Shown piece after piece: positions 1 through 10,970 of a stretch of DNA of 64,000 nt. The stretch is from Eledone cirrhosa (Eukaryota), in NCBI GenBank assembly GCA_964016885.1, contig OZ024740.1, positions 225,308,001 through 225,372,000 on the forward strand, in the 5' to 3' direction. The stretch's first letter is position 1, and every line of letters begins with the position of its first letter. Both the position numbers and the translations under genes were made by a program. Below the pieces are notes generated by a model. That model ran no database searches. It was not told the DNA's origin and saw only the letters and a program-made list of their open reading frames with translations.

Positions 1-75
1 TGATATTCCGATTCTCGATTATTCTACTATATATATATTATATATGTATATATATTAAATATATATTATATATAT

Positions 76-130
<55 letters not shown>

Positions 131-133
131 AAC

Positions 134-464
134 GAAAAGTCAGTGATGCATCTCAACTCAATTTATTATGTGTTACAATTTTTTCGCCGGCGGACAGCTC
201 GAGACGCAATCATTGTGTGGATCTATCTGATTCTGGACCCGCAGGTTCGACGCACACGTCTAATGATTTCGGAGCATATTCTCTCAATGTGAGAGCATAC
301 TCTCTCACTAGTGAAAGAATATGTTCCAAAATCCTTAGACGTGTCCATCGAACCTACGGGTCCAGAATCAAACAGATCCACACAATGATTGCATGTCGAG
401 CTGTCCGCCGGCAAAACAATTGTAGCACATAATAAATTGAGTTCAGGTGCATCACTGATTTTTC
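134..464. mobile_element. Foldback (palindromic) non-coding element with degenerate hammerhead-like motifs in both arms
   Basis: The arms are reverse complements around ~297 (e.g. TCAGTGATGCA / TGCATCACTGA, GCCGGCGGACAGCTCGA / TCGAGCTGTCCGCCGGC). It follows a (TA)n tract. The consensus of the two arms reads ATGCT-CCGAAA...GGC-GAAA-CAATTG-TA-GCA, resembling the motifs at 6530 and 55871. Confidence 0.75.
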
Positions 465-550
465 CTTTTCTATTCTAACATACTCTGCTCTGTAAGAGCA
501 TAGAGTGCTGAACCGGCATTCCGCCTATGGAAGCATCTTAGCTACCATCA

Positions 551-627
<77 letters not shown>

Positions 628-649
628 TATATATATATATATATATATA

Positions 650-1556
650 CTATAAAGTATGTCCATAGAATCGTTTGATAATATATATACACCATTTCCT
701 CTTGCTTATGCTAATTGGGAGAGGAAATGGTGTATATATATTATCAAATGATTCTATGGACATACTTTATAGTATATTGCTCTGATTATTTATTTTATTA
801 ATTCTTCATTGAGCCACATCGTGAATGGTTGCCAAAACACATATATATCTGTGACTTTGTTTAGTTTGTATATGTAAATGTTTATATTTAATAATCTCCC
901 ATAAGGTTGAGATGCAATTTGGGCAATATTGGGCTGCGCTTTCTAGCAACCAACCCATTCGCCGCAAGCAACCAATCACATTCTTTCTTACTTGACCACT
1001 GCCACGTCACGATTCTTAGCCATTTTGAATTTATGTTTGGCGGGTACCACTTTAGAAAATAATCTGTCCTAACGAGTTTGTCTCCTGGCGAGTTCGAAGC
1101 TATAGATTTTATCCTTAATAGAATATATCAAAATGCGAACGAAACCCAAGGGTAGGGACATAATCCTGGTATGTATATAAGCATTTCTAACTTTAATTTT
1201 ATACCTAATTGTGTATGGTTGACCGTATATTTAATCGATTTCCACGTGCTGTTGAAATGTTGGGTAATCACTCTATGGCGGTTGGCCGCGAAGAGATTGC
1301 TATCGTTTATTTATTTACTATTTCTTCATAGGTGCCTTTTAATCTTATAGCCTGGTCTAATTGATTTCTTGTGTGGTTAATTATGCTAATTGGGAGAGGA
1401 AATGGTGTATATATATATTATCAAATGATTCTATGGACATACTTTGTAGTATATTGCTCTGATTATTTAATTTATTAATTCTTCATTGAGCCACATCTTG
1501 AATGGTTGCCAAAACACATATATATCTGTGACTCTGTTAAGTTTATATATGTAAAT
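650..1556 (+). mobile_element. Retrozyme-like non-autonomous element: 675-bp monomer in partial tandem plus short 5' inverted segment
   Basis: TTATGCTAATTGGGAGAGG at 706 recurs at 1381 (period 675) and the repeat runs to ~1556. Segment 650-702 is an inverted copy of ~719-772. Flanked by (TA)n, contains an HHR, and is homologous to 53902-54627 (minus). Confidence 0.75.
1079..1160 (+). ncRNA. Type I hammerhead ribozyme with extended stem II (A6G change in core)
   Basis: TGTCTC-CTGGCGA-GTTCG...CGAAC-GAAA-CCC-AA-GGG-TA-GGGACA; stems I, II and III all pair, GUA cleavage triplet. Confidence 0.7.
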
Positions 1557-1572
1557 ATATATATATATATAT

Positions 1573-3330
1573 ATTAAAATAACAGATTAAAGTTTAAGCA
1601 AAGAATCGCTACTTTCACTCTAACGGGATCTTCTGAAACTAAAAAAGTCAATCTGCGAACGCAGAAGTAAATATTTCAAAAAACTTTGCAACCGAAGGAG
1701 GACAGCAAGACGTGACTTTGGTTCGTGGAAACGTTCCCTAGCAAAGAACGGAAAAAATCGAAGATAATACGTCATTATGTGGATCGGTGAGAACAATTAC
1801 ACGCAAAGACAAAACCACGTAAATGGTATAACTGAAGTTGTAGACTAAAATTCTATTTAGGAAACCGAATGATTCTCGGCTACAGAGTTAAGAATAAAGT
1901 AAATAAAATACAGAGGTAATTGAAATTAAATATATACATACACGCATCCATATACCTACGTACACAAGCATACGCGAAAACACTCGCCATGGGTATGCAA
2001 ATACAAGCACGTACACAAAAAAAAAACAAAAAAAAAACACGCACGCTTCGTACAGAACACACGCAACGCCTGTACCCGCACACATACGAACGTGTACACC
2101 AAATACACATAAAATATATATTAAAAAATATGTATATATGTGTGTGTGTGCGTGTATACATAATATATATAAATAAATATACACACATAAATACGCATAT
2201 AACAAGCGCGCACACATACCTACATGTAAATACACATATGTTCGCGGACATACGTCAACCGAAACAAAGTACACATATACACACACCCTGCAAACGTACC
2301 AACCCGCACACTCACACAGACGCAAAGCTCATGTATACACATAACCAAATGCACATGTACCTATATATATAATATATACGCCATAACATATACAAGCAAA
2401 TATACGTACGAGAATGTATACGTACCTTCACAAAACATACAGGTAATATATACTTACCTATACAAATAAGTAATGGTATAAACATAACAAATACATATTT
2501 AATTCATGAAGACGTAAAATATCCGCGTATAGTTCGTACTATCCGTTAGGGTATAATGTGGGGCTGTAATACAGGAACGTTTAGTGTAATTTATTTTTAC
2601 AAGCCGAAATTGCCTCAGATATTTTGTTTAAGATGTGGTCTTTTGCGTAGAGTATTTGCAGGGCCTCAGCGGCGCAGAGGTCACAGGGTCTTTTATTTCC
2701 GTTATACGATCTATCCTCAGCTAGGATCTCCCAGTGTAACTTATATTGGGTGTGGTTGTCTTTTAGACTCCAGATATAAGCTGAAAGTGACGTCATATTC
2801 CTTCTTAAAGGGTTAAGCAAAGAATGGGTATGCATGTAAAGACACTGCTTGAATCTATTGGAGGTTAACCCTATGTAGGCTCTACGGAACGTGGGTGTTT
2901 CTACCACATTCATTTTTTTCGTTCATTGCCAGTGAACGTCTCCATGAACCACCTATTAGGATATTAGTTTACGACTTCATTTATACCATAAACGTGGTTT
3001 TGTCTTTGCGTGTAATTGTTTTAACCGCACCAAATTATGATGTATTATCTTTGTTTTTTTTTCGTTCTTTGCCAGGGAACGTTTTCACGAACCAAAGTAT
3101 CGTCTTGCTATCTTCCTTCGGTTGCAACGTTTTTTGAAATATTTCTTCTGCGTTCACAGATTGACTTTCTTAGTTTCACAAGATCCCGTTAGGGTGAAAG
3201 CAGCGATTCTTTGCTTAAACTTTAATCTGTTATTTTAATAAATATTTGCTCTACGGTTCTTATATATCTGATATATATTTATCCTTATCGAGCCCTCTTT
3301 GGATTTTATTCTTCAAATTTATTATTATTA
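1573..3330 (-). mobile_element. 5'-truncated Penelope-like element (GIY-YIG remnant plus tail) with inverted terminal copy
   Basis: ORF 2581-2913 (minus) reads YIGLTSNRFK...LSAYIWSLKD...CDLCAAE...SACKNK. Segment 1573-1850 is an inverted copy of ~2960-3240. Bounded by TA-rich repeats. Confidence 0.8.
2581..2913 (-). pseudogene. PLE GIY-YIG endonuclease C-terminal fragment
   Basis: Clear similarity to the 31167-31826 protein (YVGSTSTEFK...LSGVLWQLRQ...CDLCAEE...SCCKHR). Confidence 0.85.
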
Positions 3331-3379
3331 CTATATATATTATTACTATATATATTATTATTATTACTATATATATATA

Positions 3380-6300
3380 TATGAAAAACTCATCTACGTA
3401 GATACCAAGTCTAACCACCCTAAATCTATATTGAACTCTATCTCTAAGGGAGTATCTAATAGAATCTCTAATCTATCCTATGACATAAACACATTTAACA
3501 ATAACTCTCAGTATTATAATCAGGCATTAGCTAGATCAGGCCATAATACAGGGATAGAGTTCCTACCTACAAAAACACATAGCTACAGCATCATTTCACA
3601 CAACATGTCCATGGGAAAATTTAACAATAGGAATAGCAACTGCACACACACTAATAGGGATTGTAACAACAAAAGTAACCCGCACCACAGAAATGACCAT
3701 AGGAACATTAAAGGAAACAAATCACCAGACATAAAAAAACAGAAATAGAAGAAGAGATAATACATTTTTCAACCCTCCTTTCAATTTAAACGTCTCCACC
3801 AACCTACCTAGGGCTTTCTTCTCACTACTAGATAAACACTTCCCATCCGGCCACAGGTACCACGGCCTTTTAAACAAAAACACTATTAAGATCTCTTACT
3901 CTACTACGCCTAACTTAGCATACCACATAGCTAGTACAAATAAAAGAAAAATTAATTCTTACTTCCAACAAACTAAATCACAACAGTCGATAAACCTTCA
4001 AAATAACATTCATAATAACAGTCAAAGTAACATTATAGCAAATAACCGTAATATCAATGGAAATAATAGTAATAGCACTAGTGTAAACATTAACGCCGCG
4101 CACCACAACCCACATAACCATAACCCTATAGCTAACATCCAAACTTCTACACAGCATAGTAACCGGCAGACTAGCACCCAGAGTAATTGTAACTGTAGAT
4201 CAAGTAGAACCTGCCCTTTAGATAAAAAATGCTTAACCAAGGATATCATATACTCATGTACAGTCACAACTAACAACTCCTCGGAAACCTATATAGGCTC
4301 TACTTCTAACTGCTTCAAAACTAGATACAATTCGCACCTCCACTCTTTCAAAAAACACAGTCTAGCCAACTCCACTTCACTATCTAGCTACATACACTAT
4401 CTAAAAACTAAAAATAAAATATATACACTTAAATGGGAAGTGGTAGGTAGTGCAACATCGTACAAACCACCTAATAAATTTTGTAACCTCTGTCTACTAG
4501 AGACCCATACTATCATCTTCTCTAAACATAATCTCCTTAATAAAAAATCAGAAGTGTTCGCAACTTGCCAACACCGCTTCCGACACTCGTTCCAAAACTT
4601 TAAACCCCATATATAATAATGTCAGACTGGAACCGGCACCACCCCTAGCAATTAACATCAGTAGCTCACCTTACACCTCACATCCACACCCATTTGTATA
4701 CTCTAAAGATAATACTGACAGCATTTTAGTACCACCTACCCTGGGAATACCCCCTTGTACCTCTAATTCTGATATCTAGACCGTGGACTACTTAATCTGC
4801 ATTGCACAAATATAAGATTAGTATAAACCGGGGACACGGTATTGGTTGCGATAACATAGTCCTGTGCATGGATTCCCACCAAGAGATAGATTGATGATTA
4901 GATAGATAATCGTATTGTTATGTGAATATATACTGTAAACGATCAGTTCAATGAATTATGCACGGGAGATGCATGAGTTAGGAGCCTCTGTGTTGCCTGG
5001 TGACCTGACCGGCACCTTTTGACGAGAGAACCGGCCACCGGACCACCCTGGTGAATTTACCGGGGATGCAGTCATACCACGACCTGAATCTCGCCGGGAG
5101 TCATGTATGATAATAAGACCATTACTGATAGTGAGACCCATGTAATTAATTATGTAGTCTGACTCTTCTTATGGATTGGCCGGGTGTGGCACCCCATGTT
5201 GGATTGTAGTCATCATGATACGAACTCCTTTAGTACTTGTTACTGGACTCCACTCTAGCTTGTGGATGGGATACCCGATCTATATGTGGGATGGGGGTTT
5301 ATGTATTGCTTGGTGGCCAGACAGGTGCCCTGGTATGAGAGATTTAATCTCCAGATTGTAATCATCTTGATGTGAACTCCTCTAGTACCTATTAATAGAC
5401 TCCACTCTAACTTGTAGATGTGATACTTAATTGATTTATATATGAGATGGGGGTTGTCTATTCCTTGATGACCAGACTAGTGCCTTTATATGTGAAATTA
5501 GATCTCCGGACCATACCGTAGATTTACCGGAGATTCAGACATGCAATGACCCGGAGCCTACCGGGGGGCATATATAATAGAGGGACCATACCAGGTCCTA
5601 CTGTTATATTACATTTGCATGGAACAGTGACTTGAGAGTCTGACTCCTCTTATAGAATGTTCAGAGAGGACACCCCTTAATGTATGGTAATCATCTTGTA
5701 CTTCTTAACGGACAACTCTCTAACCTATAATTGGGAAACATACTCTAAAAATTAGTTATAACTTCATATGATAGGCACGTATTTGAATCACCATAATGTA
5801 GTTTAGGATAGTAATTTAACTAAGATAACTAGCTAGTTACCTCCCCTTACGCATTAATTCCCCTTAGTCATTCAGACACTTCCGGAATCTGGACAGCATG
5901 ATCTATTAATTAAGAACCGACTGGATACGGTTTATAACTTGATTATATGCTGAACCATCGCGAACTATACGATAGACACGTGTTCTATATATTGCGTCTC
6001 ATGGATTATGTGAGTGGTGGGGTGAGCGAAGACAGTGGTACGGCTTTGCCTACGATACAATAAGGTTTATAGTATGTTGAAAGTTTCAGATATTTTGGTG
6101 TTTCCCTGCATCCGAGACTGTATATCATACAGATGTATGAGAATAAATGACTTAATAATTCAGCCCACATAATAAGATCGATTGCCTGCTTCAACTGCCT
6201 GACCCTGCAAATATCATTCTGACGCACTCTAATCATGTATAAATAAGACACGCGTGCATGCTACACGTGAGATTGTTTCATGCACTGACTACTCTAAGCT

Positions 6301-6612
6301 TTCCTCTTGCTTTATCTTCATAGACTGCCAACGCTTCATGTTTATCTTTATTTTCATTCTTGCTTTTATTTTTATTTTTATTTTTATTTTTATCCTGTAA
6401 TATTTACATGTAAATTGCCATGCTATATCATTTGATGAGTGTCACCCCACTGTTGATCAATATGCGCATATGTTTTATGTGTCTCTTGGGTTGAAAAGGA
6501 GGTCAAGTATGTTATAGATCAGTAAATAGTTGCTCCGAAGAATCCAAACCTCGGTTTGGAGGAAACAATTGTAAGCAAATAAATGACTTAAACTGAACTT
6601 TGATTATTGTAA
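3380..6612 (+). mobile_element. 5'-truncated Hydra-like Penelope element with ~2 kb 3' tail
   Basis: Disrupted frames give YVDTKSNHPKSI...YYNQALARSG, FNPPFNLNVSTN...HFPSGHRY, CNCRSSRTCPLDKKC, YIGSTSNCFKTRY and CNLCLLE, ending ~4616. The tail ends with an HHR and then (CT)n(TA)n. Confidence 0.85.
6530..6578 (+). ncRNA. Minimal type I hammerhead ribozyme, CCGAAGA core variant
   Basis: TTGCT-CCGAAGA-ATCCAAACC-TC-GGTTTGGAG-GAAA-CAATTG-TA-AGCAA; palindromic stem III ACAATTGT. Confidence 0.75.
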
Positions 6613-6746
<134 letters not shown>

Positions 6747-6898
6747 TACACGGGTGTGTATGATTGTGTATAGAAGATTATATTAATAAGAGGAATTCCA
6801 ACTCTGTCTGATTTACTCGTTTTATTTACAATCCTTTCAAATGTATAATGGTATTATAATGAAATCGTATGATAGAATATTAAATGTTAAGTGTTAAT

Positions 6899-6937
6899 TG
6901 AACAAGTACTTTCATGCTTTCGCAATCTTCAGGTTCA
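6899..6937 (-). ncRNA. Minimal type I hammerhead ribozyme
   Basis: Exact reverse complement of 7012-7050. Confidence 0.85.
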
Positions 6938-7011
6938 TAATGTGTGGTGAGAGTCAAGTTTGCAATTTTCAACTGTGTTGAAATTGCAAACTTGACTGTC
7001 ACCACACATTA

Positions 7012-7050
7012 TGAACCTGAAGATTGCGAAAGCATGAAAGTACTTGTTCA
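7012..7050 (+). ncRNA. Minimal type I hammerhead ribozyme
   Basis: TGAAC-CTGAAGA-TTGC-GAAA-GCAT-GAAA-GTAC-TT-GTTCA: canonical core, GNRA-capped stem II, palindromic stem III, 5-bp stem I. Confidence 0.85.
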
Positions 7051-7180
7051 ATTAACACTTAACATTTAATATTCTATCATACTATTTCATTATAATACGA
7101 TTATAAATGTTAAAGGATTGTAAATAAAACGAGTAAATCCGACAAAGTTGGAATGCCTCTTATTAATATATATATATATA

Positions 7181-9075
7181 ACGAAGGAAATGTGGTAAGG
7201 AAAAGATGGACCATAACGCACCAAAGTATTCAATTCCTATCGGGAAAATCTTCTTTAGGCTCATCGAAAAACACTTCCCACTACAACACCGCTACCACAA
7301 CATAATCAACAAAAATACCATCAAACTCTCCAGACCTAACTTTGCACGAAACATCGTCTCCTCTAACAACAAAAAACTCAACCCCTATGGAAGAAATAAC
7401 CTAGATAGCGGCGGAGAGCCGACCAGGAGGTGTAACTGTCCTGTTGGATCCATTTGCCCCCTCGACAACAGATGCAGAGATCGTAATGTGATCTACCAGT
7501 GCAACGTGAGGACGGACACCTCCAACAAAGCTTATATATGATTAACCGCTTGTGACTTCAAGACCCGGCTATACCAACACAGACATACTTTCCGAAACCC
7601 GGCCCGGCGTCACGCCACTACACTTTCGGGCCACATCTGGGACCTCAAAGATAATAAAATAACCTACAATCACTTGGAGCTTACTGTCCAGAGCTAAATC
7701 TTACACGGGAGGACGCCGTCCGTGTAACTTATGCTCAGAGGAAACATTACAAATGCTGTTTTCAAAGGACCAACACCTAAACAAGAGAGACGAACTGGTA
7801 ACTGCATGCAAACACAGATTGCGTAGGACTTATCCCGCCCTCAAACCCCATAATGACCCGGGGGTGTAGACAAGGGCTGTAACATCCCACTTGCCGACTT
7901 TGTAATGGGTAACCCCTGCTCACAAAGGTAGACGTAAGATTTTCTTATATATTTGTTATCGTCTCCTCTATATGTCATCCTTCCCCCATCCCTTCCTAGT
8001 CCTTCCACCCCAGTTCTCCTTCTTTGTCGTCGTTCTTTTCACCTTCTCGCCCACCCCGAGGCAGCCCTTCGGACCTCCGTAGCCTCAGTACCCCCACCCC
8101 ACCCCCCATTCTATGATAGAATTGGCTGAGTCCGCTTTTTATAGCAGATGTGCTAGACCCCAGATACTTGCTTTCTTATCTGATTGCTGCACCATTTCCG
8201 TGATTTCTAAATTTCTTAGTGGTATCTCTGGTTTAGTTTCTCGTATATCAGTAAATTTTTTTTGGGGGGTGGGCGGGGGGTGGGGGATTCTGAATTAATT
8301 TTTCGTATTAATTTTTTCTTCTATATCGTACGAGCATTTATGTAGTTTGCATTAGAATTTATGTATTGTAGCGATACTCTTATATATCGTATACATTTTC
8401 GGGATTCTGAATTAATATTTCGTATTAGTTTCGGGACTCTGAATTATTATTTCGTATTAGGTTTTTTGGTTTTTTTTTTTTAGTATTTTGGCCCCCTACT
8501 TGTTGACCTGTCATTGTAAGATAGATTAGGCCGAGTACTATTAACTCATAAAATTCTTTCACTACAATCTCGTATTTAGTATCCCGCCCCACCTATTAAA
8601 CTTTTCTATAGTTTAGCAGTACCAGTGAGAGATTTGATGATTGTGGTAGGGGAATAGTAACCAGAAATTGTGTTTTTTATATTTTTAACATTCTTATTTT
8701 TCTATATAGATTTACTCCAGATAGATCTACTTATTGTTTAGACTTCCTCCCCCCTCCCCCCCCTGTCTTGACCTCTTATCCTTAGGACTCTGCTGTAGTC
8801 GTCACTTTCAACGCACAATTGGATTTCCTCCACTCCCTCTCCCTCTTTCTTCTACTGGCAAGTTCAGCTACCCTTCCTTCCACAAAATGCCATAATAGAA
8901 TTATGTGTCTCAACAACAAACTTTTGACCAATCATTTGTGACAATCACTTTTACCATATATGAAATATTACACCCTGAGTAGCTCGGCTATTCATTTACC
9001 AGGATAAAAATGTACATTTAGTCCAGAATTAGCCGTCGAAATGGCTTGAGCTCAGCCGTCGGGGTCCTACTCGTT

Positions 9076-9078
<3 letters not shown>
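7181..9078 (+). mobile_element. 5'-truncated Hydra-like Penelope element
   Basis: IGKIFFRLIEKHFPLQHRY...NKNTIKLS...CNCPVGSICPLDNRC...IYQCNV, then disrupted YI*LT...CNLCSEE...TACKHR to ~7869. Sits between (TA)n tracts, with an HHR-like motif at the 3' end. Confidence 0.85.
8970..9065 (+). ncRNA. Degenerate hammerhead ribozyme with extended stem II
   Basis: ACACC-CTGAGTA-GCTCGGCTA...TAGCCGTC-GAAA-TGGCT-TGAGCTC-AGCCG-TC-GGGGT; the core CTGAGTA deviates from CTGANGA. Confidence 0.5.
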
Positions 9079-9157
<79 letters not shown>

Positions 9158-9194
9158 ATATATTATATATACATATATATATAAATATATATTA

Positions 9195-10544
9195 CTAGCT
9201 GGCCCATCCGGCTACCAGTGGCGTGTTCTACGGCATCTATATATAGATCTATAGCTGACATACTACTTCACTTGGATAAACAGACGATAAGCTGTCTGTG
9301 TTGTATAGTATTACTGTTGAAAATATATAGTATAGTATTACTATTGAAAATATGTAGTACAGTATTACTGTAGAAAATATATAGTACTGTACTACTGTTG
9401 AAAATATATAGTATAGTATTACTGTTGAAAATATATAGTACAGTATTGCTGTTGAAAATATGTTCACAAATATTTAATTATTTATATATAATTAATTAAA
9501 TGTTGGTGAGAAGCGACGTCAATGCAGACAAGCAGACATACAGACAGATATTATAAGCGTTATATTATGCCGTTATAGCTATGTGTCTATCTAAAATGAC
9601 AGAGTAAGAAAGAGAGAGGAATGTCGTATTATATATGTTATATATAATAAAGTACTAGTAATGTAGTCAGCTTTATTAATATAGATAGAGATTGACAATA
9701 TACACAGAAATTTAATCCATGATACATTAAGAATAAAGACGATATTATATATAAACTGCAAAATATATGAATGTTTATTTAAGCGATCTTAAGCGCGGGG
9801 GGGGGGGGCTCTATAATTAATATCTGGAAAAATGAAAGTGCCCATGACCATCCAGAGTACATATATATCTATATGTAGATGCATGTTTGTGTGTATGTGT
9901 GTGCGTGCGGACATTGTAACTTGCCCAGACACACACAACACACACATATACACACACACACACATACACACACAATCAAATTACGTCTTGTGTGAAAGAG
10001 AGAAAGAAAGAGACGTAAGGTTGAGGAAACAGTGTGTAAAGAATAAATAAATAAAAGTTAAAGTTATCAAACACTGCTATCATTTTCTCCCCTCCCCAAT
10101 CCCCCTCACTCTCTTTCTTTCCTTCTCAACCACTCTGTCTCTTTTTTCTCATACCCCCTCTCTCTCTCTCTCCCTCTCCCTCTCTCTTTCTCTACAGAAT
10201 GGAGAACAATCAAGGACGCGCATTGTATATTTCTATTAAGTTGTTGCGTCATTTTGGAGGACTGAGTGGTGGGAGGAGAGTAGTGGGAGGGTGTGTTTAA
10301 CACAGAGCAGTAGTATCTCCTCTTCTCCCTCTCTCACTGAAACGTCTTCTCTTTCCTCTTCCATTGTAAAATGTCCCCAGGTGTACCATTATTGATATGT
10401 ATTGAAATCTAATTAACCAGTCCTGTTTCTAAATATTAACTTAACATGTGTGTAAAGTTTCATCATGATCGGATCACTGGTGTAGGCGTCAACTGGTTAT
10501 ACACATATACACAGACAGACAGAAATTGCCATTTATATAGTAGA
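9195..10544 (-). mobile_element. Non-autonomous Helitron-like element (possibly two nested)
   Basis: On the minus strand it starts A|TC-TACTATATAAAT with CTGT repeats and ends with a short hairpin plus CTAG|T, the same architecture as 62835-63442. A second possible 5' end lies near 9690. Confidence 0.5.
9304..9462. repeat. 27-bp minisatellite, about 6 copies
   Basis: Unit TATAGTATTACTGTTGAAAATATATAG. Confidence 0.9.
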
Positions 10545-10824
10545 TTTGTGTATATTGAAGCAATTATTTGAAATTTCTGTAAAGATCTAATCAAATGTGA
10601 CACTATATAATATAGTATAATTAAGTTGATTTTGTTTTCATTTAACTAACTTATCTGATTTGAGGTTTGTCTGGTGATGATGAAGGAAAATAAATTTCTT
10701 TGTTTGTTATATCTTTCACAATACCTAGATAGCCAGTCTGGGGAGAATGGTTTGTAGTGGAGCCTGGAGGTGTGGAGACTCCCGATGCTCTTGACCCCTG
10801 GACCACATCCCTACTCACTGTTAT

Positions 10825-10970
10825 TGGAGCAGAGTTGACAACCCGCAGGTGTGTGCCCTGCAAGGTGGAGTGGCTGTTCCAGTGTATCCCCCTCATCATC
10901 CTCCAGTTCTATGTATTCTCCATCCTGTGGGCTGGGACCCAGAGGTGGAGGGTAGGTTAGTTGGAGGTGG
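10825..10970. repeat. Unclassified interspersed repeat (second copy at 51335-51478)
   Basis: Shared CAAGGTGGAGTGGCTGTTCCAG and ATGTATTCTCCATCCTGT-GGCTGGGACC blocks. Confidence 0.7.

Larger units (their letters stand above)
6780..7169. mobile_element. Foldback element with a hammerhead ribozyme in each arm
   Basis: ~190-bp inverted arms centred near 6975 (TTGCAATTTTCAAC / GTTGAAATTGCAA), flanked by TA-rich microsatellite. Confidence 0.85.

Noticed and set aside
3170-3212. CACAAGA/CAGAAGA-TCCC-GTTA-GGGT-GAAA motif in the inverted PLE ends
   Set aside because: The core is mutated in both arms and there is no stem I or NUH site, so it is not called as a ribozyme.
7538-7541. In-frame TGA in a PLE as selenocysteine (as reported for Naiad PLEs)
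   Set aside because: It replaces the Gly of YIG in a frameshifted copy, the domain order is not Naiad-like, and no SECIS was seen.
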